This document shows, in pieces, positions 8,407 through 16,579 of a stretch of DNA of 25,404 nucleotides. The position numbers and the translations under genes were made by a program. The stretch covers positions 1-25,404 of the forward strand of contig DASTGW010000480.1 of assembly GCA_035718705.1 (NCBI GenBank), read 5' to 3'. Position 1 is the first letter of the stretch, and every line of letters starts with the position of its first letter. A model generated the notes under the pieces. That model saw nothing but the letters and a program-made list of their open reading frames with translations. It searched no databases and was not told where the DNA came from. The stretch comes from Terriglobales bacterium. GTDB taxonomy: Bacteria; Acidobacteriota; Terriglobia; Terriglobales; Acidobacteriaceae.

Positions 8407-9497
8407 GAGGCGATCTCCAGGGAAGAAGTGCGATTTGAAAGTGCATTGTTGAAATAGGCGAGCAATTGCTTGGCGCGGCGATCGCCAGTGTGCTCGGCCA
8501 GTGTGCGTTCCCGGGCACGACGCGCAATGGCATCAAGTTCAGCGCCGCCGGTTGCAAGTGCGGTAAGAACTTCATCTGTACTCTGAACGACGAAAATCTC
8601 TTCACCTGGCGTGAAGAAGTGATCCAAGCCTTCAAACCAGTCAGAAATGATAGGTACACCGCAGGATGCGGCTTCAAAAAAGCGTCCGGAGGGGCAATAT
8701 CCGCCCCGCGCCATGCCGGCGCGAGTCAGATTCAGCGTGAACTTGGATCCCGAGTAGAGCGCCGGGTGATCGGACGGGGAAACGTGTTCGAAGCGTTGCA
8801 AGTTTGAGGGCCAAGGCCAGTCCCAGGGATACATGGATCCGGCGAGGATGAAGCGATCACTCGGTCGCTGGCGCACTGGTTCCATGAAGAGACGATCGAA
8901 CTTGTCTTGCCGGTCAGCCGCGTAGGTGCCCATGTAACTCATCAGACAGCAGTACTCTTCGGGAACGTGCACTCGATGGTGGACGTCTGGATCAACGCAG
9001 CCATAGAGAGCCTGGGCATTGCGGGCACCCCATTGTTGGCGGAGTTCCTTGAGGGTGTGTCCGCCGGTAAAAGAAAGGTAGAGATTAAAAGCCGGGATCT
9101 GATCTCGACGAAGGTACTCGACGTCTCCGTGCTCCAGGTTGCTGAGTGTGATGGGAGTGTCGAGATCGTAGAAGACGTGAAGTGGCCCAGAGATGGACAA
9201 GACTTCGTCTGCAACACGGGCGCCTTCGGGGCAATAGCTCGCGTTGATGACAACGTCGGAGTCACGCGCGTCGTTAAGTGCCTGAGAGCGGATAGAACTC
9301 CATTCGTCATACAGGATGAGCCCGCAGAAGTCGGGATCGGGCAGATCGCGCCGCTTGGCATAGTAAGGAACGTCCTTTTCGTAGAAGACCACGTCGTGAC
9401 CCATGCGCTTTAAGGCGCGCAGGATGGCACGGTACGGAGTTGCGTGTCCGTTACCCCAGGAAGAGGAGATTGTGAGACCGAAGATGGTGATCTTCAA
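8403..9497 (-). CDS. CgeB-family glycosyltransferase
   Basis: TTG start. FGLTISSSWGNGHATPYRAILRAL, FYDLDTP, YMGTYAADRQ and CPSGRFFEAASCGVPIISDW are characteristic of CgeB-like GT-B proteins. Confidence 0.85.
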   Translation of the reverse strand: MKITIFGLTISSSWGNGHATPYRAILRALKRMGHDVVFYEKDVPYYAKRRDLPDPDFCGLILYDEWSSIRSQALNDARDSDVVINASYCPEGARVADEVLSISGPLHVFYDLDTPITLSNLEHGDVEYLRRDQIPAFNLYLSFTGGHTLKELRQQWGARNAQALYGCVDPDVHHRVHVPEEYCCLMSYMGTYAADRQDKFDRLFMEPVRQRPSDRFILAGSMYPWDWPWPSNLQRFEHVSPSDHPALYSGSKFTLNLTRAGMARGGYCPSGRFFEAASCGVPIISDWFEGLDHFFTPGEEIFVVQSTDEVLTALATGGAELDAIARRARERTLAEHTGDRRAKQLLAYFNNALSNRTSSLEIAS

Positions 9498-9522
9498 AAG
9501 GACGTCCCCGACGCCGATCCAA

Positions 9523-9538
9523 AAAGGTACTTACCTTT
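9523..9538. promoter_or_regulatory. Palindromic operator candidate upstream of the CgeB operon
   Basis: AAAGGTA-CT-TACCTTT, a perfect 7-bp inverted repeat 26 nt upstream of the TTG start. Confidence 0.4.
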
Positions 9539-9610
9539 CGATGGTGAACGTGAGCACGCCGTTGCCGGTGAATAAGGCTTTCCGGGTCGATAGGTGAGGC
9601 AGTGGCAAAG

Positions 9611-9639
9611 GAAAGGCGCACCTTTTCGGTGCACCTTTC
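9611..9639 (-). terminator. Terminator-like hairpin after osmC
   Basis: Minus strand GAAAGGTGCACC-GAAAA-GGTGCGCCTTTC (12-bp stem with one G-U pair, which pairs only on -), followed by CTTT. Confidence 0.7.
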
Positions 9640-9655
9640 ACGAAGAAGTCAGGGT

Positions 9656-10081
9656 CTATTTTTCGAGTTTAGCGTCGAGGGTGATTTTGGCGTTGAAGAG
9701 CTTAGAAACTGGGCATCCGCTTTTAGCACCCTCTGCGGCAGTGCGGAACTGCTCTTCAGTCGCGCCAGGGATCTTCGCCGTCATGGTGAGATGCACAGTG
9801 GTGATAGCGAATCCGGCGTCGACCTTCTCGAGTGACACGGTGGCTTCGGTAGAAATGCGGTCGGCTTTGAGACCAGCTTTTTCCAGTTGTCCGGAGAAGG
9901 CCATGGAGAAACATCCGGCGTGAGCGGCTCCGAGCAATTCTTCCGGATTGGTTCCGACGCCGTTTTCAAAGCGAGTAGCAAAAGAGTATTGCGTGTTGTT
10001 GAGTACACCGCTCTGGGTGGATACAGTTCCCTTCCCGTCGCGCAAACCGCCGGTCCAAACCGCACTTCCTTTTCGTTGCAT
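9656..10081 (-). CDS. osmC: OsmC peroxiredoxin
   Basis: WTGGLRDGKGTVST, GTNPEELLGAAHAGCFSMA and the second Cys in KSGCPVSK. Confidence 0.95.
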   Translation of the reverse strand: MQRKGSAVWTGGLRDGKGTVSTQSGVLNNTQYSFATRFENGVGTNPEELLGAAHAGCFSMAFSGQLEKAGLKADRISTEATVSLEKVDAGFAITTVHLTMTAKIPGATEEQFRTAAEGAKSGCPVSKLFNAKITLDAKLEK

Positions 10082-10258
10082 AGGAATTTCTCAGCCTTTC
10101 CGTTTGATCAGTACGCCAGTCTGTTCATTTCTCAGACTTAAACCCTCCAATGTTACGCCTGCGGGCGTTGAATCCTCAAATGAACTCGGGACTCGTGGCA
10201 AGTGACTTGACGTGAAATGCGGCCGGACGTTGAATGGATGCGACTCGAGGGACTGACA

Positions 10259-11149
10259 ATGCGCTTGCGGATTCTGCTGCTGATGGCGGTAGTGCTTATT
10301 AGCAACCTGGCGGTTGCGACCACCGATGTGAACAGCCCGGCCTACAAGACTGATTATGATCAGTGGAAGAGTGAACTCGCCGACGATCTGAAGAAGAACT
10401 GGCTGACACTGGTTGGATTATTCTGGCTGAAAGAAGGTACGAATCGGGTCGGCGGCGATCATCGCGATGAGGTTCCGCTGCCGGAGGGCAAGGTTCCTGC
10501 ACAGGTTGGGACGATTGAGTTTCACAGCGGAAAAGCTGTGTTCACGTCTGTGAAAGGCGCGAAGGTCACAAGTGATGCGAAGCCGGTGACGAGCATCGAG
10601 TTGAAGCCTGACGTCACAGGAAAACCGACAGTACTTCAAATCGGTGACATTCGCATGCACATGATCCAGCGCAAGGAGAGGTACGGCATGCGGGTGAAAG
10701 ATCCGCATAGCTCGCAGCTAGCAGAGTTCAAGGGTTCGCAATATTTTCCGCTGAATCAAAGCTACGTCGTGCAAGCGATGTACGTTCCGTACGACAAGCC
10801 GAAGAAAGTGGAGATCCCGACGCAGATTGGGCAGACGGCCGAAATGGACAGTCCGGGATACGTGGAGTTCACATTGAATGGAAAGAAGCAACACCTGCAG
10901 GCTCTCGATGAAGGGACGAAAGAGCTGTTTTTCCTGGTCAAAGACCAAACGAGCGGCAAAGAAACCTATCCGGCGGGACGGTTCCTGTACTCACCTCTAC
11001 CGAAAGACGGAAAAGTGGAGATCGACTTCAACCGCGCCTATAACCCGCCATGTGCGTGGACACCGTATGCAACGTGTCCGTTACCTCCCAAAGAAAACTA
11101 CATGACCACAAAAGTTGAAGCTGGAGAAAAATTCCTGGGACATCACTAA
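10259..11149 (+). CDS. DUF1684 domain protein, secreted
   Basis: GAGGG RBS before ATG 10259 and a signal peptide. WLTLVGLFWL, KDQTSGKETYPAGRFL and IDFNRAYNPPCAWTPYATCPLPPKEN motifs. Confidence 0.88.
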   Translation: MRLRILLLMAVVLISNLAVATTDVNSPAYKTDYDQWKSELADDLKKNWLTLVGLFWLKEGTNRVGGDHRDEVPLPEGKVPAQVGTIEFHSGKAVFTSVKGAKVTSDAKPVTSIELKPDVTGKPTVLQIGDIRMHMIQRKERYGMRVKDPHSSQLAEFKGSQYFPLNQSYVVQAMYVPYDKPKKVEIPTQIGQTAEMDSPGYVEFTLNGKKQHLQALDEGTKELFFLVKDQTSGKETYPAGRFLYSPLPKDGKVEIDFNRAYNPPCAWTPYATCPLPPKENYMTTKVEAGEKFLGHH

Positions 11150-11206
11150 GCAGGAGCTCGGAACAATTACAAAGCTATTACAGTGAAATCGCAGGCGAAA
11201 GAGTTC

Positions 11207-11235
11207 AATGGATAAACGTCTTTTACATATCCATT
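11207..11235. promoter_or_regulatory. Inverted repeat abutting the desaturase start codon
   Basis: AATGGATA-N13-TATCCATT ends 1 nt before the ATG at 11237. No SD is visible. Confidence 0.35.
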
Positions 11236-11236
11236 T

Positions 11237-12103
11237 ATGAGCTTACGCCGCGATAGAACCTTCACGCAGCCTCTCGATTGGACCATCACACTTTTCTTCC
11301 TCCTATTTCATGTTGGCTCGATTGCCGCTCTGTTCTTCTTCAGTTGGAGCGCGTTGTTCCTGGCACTAGGCCTCTGGTGGGTGGCGGAAAGCCTCGGCAT
11401 CGGCATGGGGTTTCATCGACTGCTCACGCATCGCGGCTACAAGTGCCCGAAATGGGTGGAGTACTTCCTGACCGTCTGCGCAACTCTGGCATTACAGGGC
11501 GGCCCGATCGCGTGGGTGGCAACGCACCGCTTGCACCATCAGCGCTCGGACAAGGAAGGCGATCCGCACTCGCCCCGGGATGGCGGATTCTGGGCACACA
11601 TCGGCTGGATCATCACCGGCGAAGCCATGCACCATCGCACGACGGTACTGCTGCCGTACGTTCCCGATCTGCGGAAAGACCGTTTCTATTCCTGGATCAG
11701 CAAATGGCATTGGGTACCGCTCGCGATTCTGGCTGTTGTTTTGTTCACGATTGGCGGTTGGACGTTTGTTCTGTGGGGCATCTGCCTTCGAACCGTTGTT
11801 GGGCTTCACGCTACCTACCTGGTGAACTCGGCGACACATATGTGGGGATCGCGGCGATTTGAAACCACCGACGACTCGCGCAACAGCTTCTGGGTGGCGA
11901 TCTTGAGCTTCGGCGAAGGCTGGCACAACAATCACCATGCGGATCCGCAGGCGGCACGACATGGGATAGCGTGGTACGAATTTGACCTGAACTGGCTCGG
12001 GATTGCGGTTTTGCGGGCGCTCGGACTGGCCTGGGATGTGAAGGCGCCGAGAGCAATTGCTTCGGCGCCGAAAGAACGAGTCGCGGAAGTGATGGCCGAT
12101 TAA
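11237..12103 (+). CDS. Membrane-bound acyl-CoA (delta-9-type) fatty acid desaturase
   Basis: Three His boxes HRLLTH, HRLHH and HNNHH, plus DPHSP, LVNSATH and GEGWHNNHH. Confidence 0.93.
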   Translation: MSLRRDRTFTQPLDWTITLFFLLFHVGSIAALFFFSWSALFLALGLWWVAESLGIGMGFHRLLTHRGYKCPKWVEYFLTVCATLALQGGPIAWVATHRLHHQRSDKEGDPHSPRDGGFWAHIGWIITGEAMHHRTTVLLPYVPDLRKDRFYSWISKWHWVPLAILAVVLFTIGGWTFVLWGICLRTVVGLHATYLVNSATHMWGSRRFETTDDSRNSFWVAILSFGEGWHNNHHADPQAARHGIAWYEFDLNWLGIAVLRALGLAWDVKAPRAIASAPKERVAEVMAD

Positions 12104-12107
12104 CTCG

Positions 12108-13499
12108 CTAGGCGTGAACGTGTTCGTTGGTTCGATTGGCTTCGGCCAACTTTCCTATTTTCTGTTTGATCACATCTTCCACGGTTACGCAGTCCACGAT
12201 TCCGAAACATCCGTAGATGGCGGGAAGCACAACGCCGGCGGGATACTCGCGGCGCAGGCGCGCGACGAGTTCCGTTCCTGAGCGGTAAGCGGGCAAATAC
12301 ATGCGGCCGAGCAGAGGATGCTGTCCCCAGGCTCCGGAGAGCTTGTCGGCACGTTCGTCGCTGACGAAGAAATCACGACGCAGGACCTTTGCGACTTCGT
12401 CCTTCTTGCGACCTTCTCCCCACGTCAAATAAGAAGATTGGTTCTTTGCATCGTCCTGCAGGAGAGCGAGAAGAACACCGATCTGAAGATCTTCGTCCTC
12501 GAGCTGCTCGATCTCATTAACCCCGTGTGCCATCAGAATTCCATTGTTGGCGATACCTTCCGACAACGTTGCGCAACGCGTGTTCATGGTTAGCACGGTT
12601 GACTCGAACCCGGTGAGTCCGCGGACGTACAGGTTCTGCAGATACGCGAACGTGGTGACGTGTCCGGGAACAACTTCGTGGCTGACGAGTTGTTCGAACT
12701 CGGGATACGAGATGCTTAGCGAGGCATTAATTTCGTAGGTCGCTTCGTATCGTGGAGTTCGATCGGCGTTGCGGGCACGACCCACGTAGTTCATGGATCC
12801 GGAGAACCAGGCGTCCTTGATGGGGAGGAATTCGATATTGGCTCGCGGGACGGCGTGAAGTTCCCTGGGCAAGTGCGGCAGGACGTTCTTCACCGTCAAT
12901 TGATCGAATAGGGCGATGACTGCGGCACCGAGCGAACGGACGGAAGCCATCGGAGAATTGCGCGGCTTGCGCCAGGCGTCGACGGATTGCAGGAGTTCTT
13001 CGGGCGTGGAGGTCGGATAGCCCGCTTTGCTCAACAGTTCAGCGATCCGCGCACGCTTGGCTTGGGGTTGGGACTGAACTGGACCGTGTCCGCAGGAGGC
13101 TTCGACGCAACGGGCGTATGGCACGGCCGGGCCGCGGCCGAGGATCTCCATTGCGAGTTCGAACATCACCTGCAGAGATTGCGCGAGTCCGGCGAGATAC
13201 TTTCCGCGAACACCGCCGATTTTCGTTGCAGCGGACGCGATGCTGGAAATCGCGGCGGGAAGGTCAACTTGCTTCAGGTAGTCGTCGACGACAGAGTCAT
13301 CAAGATTCTTGGCTGTGACGCCGCCAACTTCCCGCAGCTTCGCAGCAGGAGCGACGGTGTAGGCGGCCGGAAGTGGTTCGTCGGAAAACCAGGAGTCAGC
13401 GATGAAGCGCCCGGTCCCTGAGGCGCACATGACGTCGCCGCCCCACAGGGTATCGATTCCGAGAATGGCGTCGGCGATGAAGCGATCTACTTGGTCCAT
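12108..13499 (-). CDS. Hypothetical protein with a DUF885-like HExxPGH metal-binding motif
   Basis: SHEVVPGH, downstream LSEGIAN and late YLPAYRSG parallel the DUF885 motifs HExxPGH, EGWA and YxxG. AAGGAG RBS. Overlaps the OPT stop by 13 nt. No signal peptide. Confidence 0.6.
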   Translation of the reverse strand: MDQVDRFIADAILGIDTLWGGDVMCASGTGRFIADSWFSDEPLPAAYTVAPAAKLREVGGVTAKNLDDSVVDDYLKQVDLPAAISSIASAATKIGGVRGKYLAGLAQSLQVMFELAMEILGRGPAVPYARCVEASCGHGPVQSQPQAKRARIAELLSKAGYPTSTPEELLQSVDAWRKPRNSPMASVRSLGAAVIALFDQLTVKNVLPHLPRELHAVPRANIEFLPIKDAWFSGSMNYVGRARNADRTPRYEATYEINASLSISYPEFEQLVSHEVVPGHVTTFAYLQNLYVRGLTGFESTVLTMNTRCATLSEGIANNGILMAHGVNEIEQLEDEDLQIGVLLALLQDDAKNQSSYLTWGEGRKKDEVAKVLRRDFFVSDERADKLSGAWGQHPLLGRMYLPAYRSGTELVARLRREYPAGVVLPAIYGCFGIVDCVTVEDVIKQKIGKLAEANRTNEHVHA

Positions 13500-15499
13500 T
13501 TCAACTCCTTGGGTTTGTGCAGAGAGCTAAACCACACGTAACAGCAAAGTGCGATAAACAGTATCGCCGAAATCGATTGCGAGATGGGCTCGTTCGCGTA
13601 CCAGGGGGTGTGAACAAGTTCTTCCTTGTACCAAGGGAACAGTCGTAATGCCGCGCCGAAGACGCCACCGAGGGCGCCGCCTGCCATCAATCCGGAAGCA
13701 ATGATAACGCCGCGCTCACGCATGGTACGGCCGTGCTCACCGCCAGTCCTCTGCGCGCGCTTGTTCAGGAAATGCGAGAGGAACCCGCCAACCAGTGCCG
13801 GAGTGTTTAGCTCGAGCGGTAGATACATGCCCAGGGCGAAGATAAGAGAAGGTTGACCGAGCATCTCCATGATAAGGGCGATCATGGCTCCCACGCCGAA
13901 CAAGACGTACGCGACTGGCTGGTGGCTCATGAATCCTTCCACAAGAGCTTTCATGATCGAAGCTTGTGGCGAGGCCAGGATTGGACGTGGATCGCCCGGC
14001 AGCGACTCGCCGAACTGGAAGGTTCGGTTCAACATCACGATGGTGAGCCCTACAGCGATCGCCGAAGCGACCACGCCTAGAATCTTTACTTTCTGCTGTG
14101 CAGCCGGCGTCGAGCCAAGCCAGTAGCCGGTTTTGAAGTCCGTGATGGCCTGACCCGAAACCGACAGTGCGGTGCAGACTATGCCGGCAATGACCATCAC
14201 GAAGAACATTCCAGTGGTTCCCGAGAGACCAAACCGAAGCAGCACGACAGCAGAGATGATGATGGTGAGCATCGTCATACCCGAGACTGGATTGCGTGCC
14301 GTCGTCGCGATGGCGTTGGCAGCGACGGAGGTAAAGAAGAACGAGAACAATAACGTGAGTACCAGTCCCAGCGCGACCACCGTCCAGGAGACCGGAAGAC
14401 GACCGAACAGAACAGCCACAATGATGGCGCCCACGATCACGCCAAGGAACACGGCGATGATGGGCAGATCGCGATCAGTTCGTTCTTCGATTTCCTTCTC
14501 GCGTCCGCGAAACACGCGAAGTGCGATGCTGAACGATCCTGCAACAATTCTTAGCGATTTCACGATGCCGAAGATGCCGGCCGTCGCGATGGCACCGACG
14601 CCGATGAAACGTACGTAGTTGCGGTAGATCTGAAACGCAGTCATCTGCGAAATCGAGATAGTCCCGGGATACACAGAACTATCGAGATGACTGCCAACAA
14701 ACCAGATCAGCGGCACCAATACGAAGTTTGAAAGGACGCCCCCGGCGCAGAGGATCATGGAACTTCGAAGGCCCATCACGTAGCCGAGTCCGAGAATGAA
14801 ACCGATGGCATCGAAGCTGAATGCCATGCGCGCGCGCTCGGTCAGATGCCGCATAGCTGGGATCCACTGGAAGTCGACAAACTCCTTCCAGACTTGGAAC
14901 GTGGTGACAAAGAAGTCGTACACGCCAGCGATAGCGGTCGCCTGCAAGAGAAGCTTCGCTTGCGATCCGCCCTTTTCACCGGTGACCAGCACCTCGGTGA
15001 TCGCGGTTGCCTCCGGATATGGAAGGAGGCCGTGCATGTCGCGCACGAAGTAGCGCCGCAGTGGAATAAGGAAGAGCACGCCCAGGCATCCGCCCGCAAC
15101 GCAGATGAAGATCGTCTGCACGGGATGCGGATCGAGTTGCAGGATGTACAGCGCCGGCAGGGTGAAGATAGCGCCCGCAACCACAGCTCCCGCACTGCCG
15201 CCGATGCTGGTCGTAATCACGTTCTCGAGCAACGTAGTTCGACGTCGATACACGCGCGCAAGTCCGATGGAGAGAATGGAGATGGGAATCGCGGACTCCA
15301 TCACTTGTCCGACCTTCAAGCCGGAATAGGCGGACGCGACCGCGAAAATGGTGCAGAGTAGTACACCCCACGCGATCGAGCGCCACGTGAGCTCGGGCGT
15401 TAGGGCGTTAGCAGGAACAAGGGGCTCATAATGTTCTTGTTTTTCGAGCGGCTGATAGGCATTGCCGGGCAGGGATTTCGTTTCGACTTCGGCAGGCAC
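13487..15499 (-). CDS. OPT-family oligopeptide transporter
   Basis: ELTWRS, AYSGLKVGQVMESAIPISIL, LLPYPEATAITEVL, NPVSGMTMLT, DFKTGYWLGSTP, LASPQASIM and ASGLMAGGALGG. Many TM segments. GGAGG RBS before GTG. Confidence 0.93.
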   Translation of the reverse strand: MPAEVETKSLPGNAYQPLEKQEHYEPLVPANALTPELTWRSIAWGVLLCTIFAVASAYSGLKVGQVMESAIPISILSIGLARVYRRRTTLLENVITTSIGGSAGAVVAGAIFTLPALYILQLDPHPVQTIFICVAGGCLGVLFLIPLRRYFVRDMHGLLPYPEATAITEVLVTGEKGGSQAKLLLQATAIAGVYDFFVTTFQVWKEFVDFQWIPAMRHLTERARMAFSFDAIGFILGLGYVMGLRSSMILCAGGVLSNFVLVPLIWFVGSHLDSSVYPGTISISQMTAFQIYRNYVRFIGVGAIATAGIFGIVKSLRIVAGSFSIALRVFRGREKEIEERTDRDLPIIAVFLGVIVGAIIVAVLFGRLPVSWTVVALGLVLTLLFSFFFTSVAANAIATTARNPVSGMTMLTIIISAVVLLRFGLSGTTGMFFVMVIAGIVCTALSVSGQAITDFKTGYWLGSTPAAQQKVKILGVVASAIAVGLTIVMLNRTFQFGESLPGDPRPILASPQASIMKALVEGFMSHQPVAYVLFGVGAMIALIMEMLGQPSLIFALGMYLPLELNTPALVGGFLSHFLNKRAQRTGGEHGRTMRERGVIIASGLMAGGALGGVFGAALRLFPWYKEELVHTPWYANEPISQSISAILFIALCCYVWFSSLHKPKELKWTK

Positions 15500-15547
15500 A
15501 GGACCTCCAGAGAGGGGTCAGTCTATCGAGGGATGTACGAGATGCCT

Positions 15548-15598
15548 GTGACGCCTGCCTACGCTCAGAGTGACGCTAAAACGTACGCTAGGCGGCGT
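15548..15598. repeat. Phased short direct repeats and an overlapping inverted repeat in the divergent OPT/esterase promoter region
   Basis: GTGACGC at 15548 and 15570, TACGCT at 15560 and 15584. ACGCCTGCCTA (15551) can pair with TAGGCGGCGT (15589) with one bulge. Confidence 0.45.
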
Positions 15599-15646
15599 TT
15601 CTATTTGCCTTCCGTTATCTCGACTGCGATGATCGACGGCGTTCAA

Positions 15647-16576
15647 ATGCAAAAAGGCTTGGCGGTCGCACTTTTCCTAACAGTCATGATCTCGAACACA
15701 TACGCGCAAAAACCAGCCTGGCAGCCTGATCCGAAGCTTCCCACATTGAGCTTATGGCCGAAAGGCGCTCCGGCACCTGCGAAGGCACTGGGACCGGAAG
15801 TCGACACCACGACTTCAAAAGACGATCTGATCGCCGGAAAACCGCTGGTACGGCTCGGCAACGTGTCTGAGCCGACGCTGACGTTTTATGAAGCGAAAAG
15901 CCAAAACTCAGGCGTCACGGTCGTCGTGTTTCCGGGTGGTGCTTACCAGATCCTTGCCATCGATCTGGAAGGCACCGAGGTATGCGACTGGCTGACGTCG
16001 ATCGGCGTGAATTGCGCGCTATTGAAGTATCGCGTGCCTGATTCGGGACCCTATCCGGAACATGCCGCGGCTTTGCAAGATGCGCAACGCGCGGTGAGGA
16101 TGGTGCGCGCTCGCGCGGCGGAATGGCACCTCGATCCCAGGAAAATCGGCGTGCTCGGCTTTTCAGCAGGCGGGCATCTTGCCGCTGCGTTGGGAGCCCA
16201 CTTCGACAACAGTGCGTATGAGAAGGTTGATGACGCGGATCGATTAAGCTGCCGCCCGGATTTCACGGTCCTCGTCTATCCGGCATACCTCGCGGATGAG
16301 CACAAGCATTTTGCTTTGAACCCTAATGTCCGTCCAAAAGCCCACACACCGCCCACGTTCATTGTGCAAACGGAAGACGATCCCATCCATGTTGAGAATG
16401 CGACCGTCTATTACAAGGCGTTGAAGGACGCCGGCGTGCCGGCTGAACTTCATATCTACGCAAAGGGTGGACACGGATACGGCTTACGCCGAACCGAACT
16501 GCCCGTGACTGCATGGCCAGCCCTGGTTGAAAATTGGCTACGCAGCACAAAGGTGATAAGCGCCGTGCCGAAGTAG
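15647..16576 (+). CDS. Secreted alpha/beta hydrolase (carbohydrate-esterase/BD-FAE-like)
   Basis: Signal peptide from ATG 15647 (MQKGLAVALFLTVMISNTYA|Q), oxyanion PGGAY, nucleophile GFSAGG, acid region EDDPI and catalytic His in GGHGYG. Confidence 0.87.
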   Translation: MQKGLAVALFLTVMISNTYAQKPAWQPDPKLPTLSLWPKGAPAPAKALGPEVDTTTSKDDLIAGKPLVRLGNVSEPTLTFYEAKSQNSGVTVVVFPGGAYQILAIDLEGTEVCDWLTSIGVNCALLKYRVPDSGPYPEHAAALQDAQRAVRMVRARAAEWHLDPRKIGVLGFSAGGHLAAALGAHFDNSAYEKVDDADRLSCRPDFTVLVYPAYLADEHKHFALNPNVRPKAHTPPTFIVQTEDDPIHVENATVYYKALKDAGVPAELHIYAKGGHGYGLRRTELPVTAWPALVENWLRSTKVISAVPK

Positions 16577-16579
16577 GCT

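Noticed and set aside
10196-10210. Sigma-54-like TGGCA-N-TTG upstream of DUF1684
   Set aside because: The -12 position is GA, not the invariant GC.
15431-15646. N-terminal extension of the esterase ORF in the ORF track
   Set aside because: It overlaps the OPT start and promoter. The signal peptide begins at ATG 15647.
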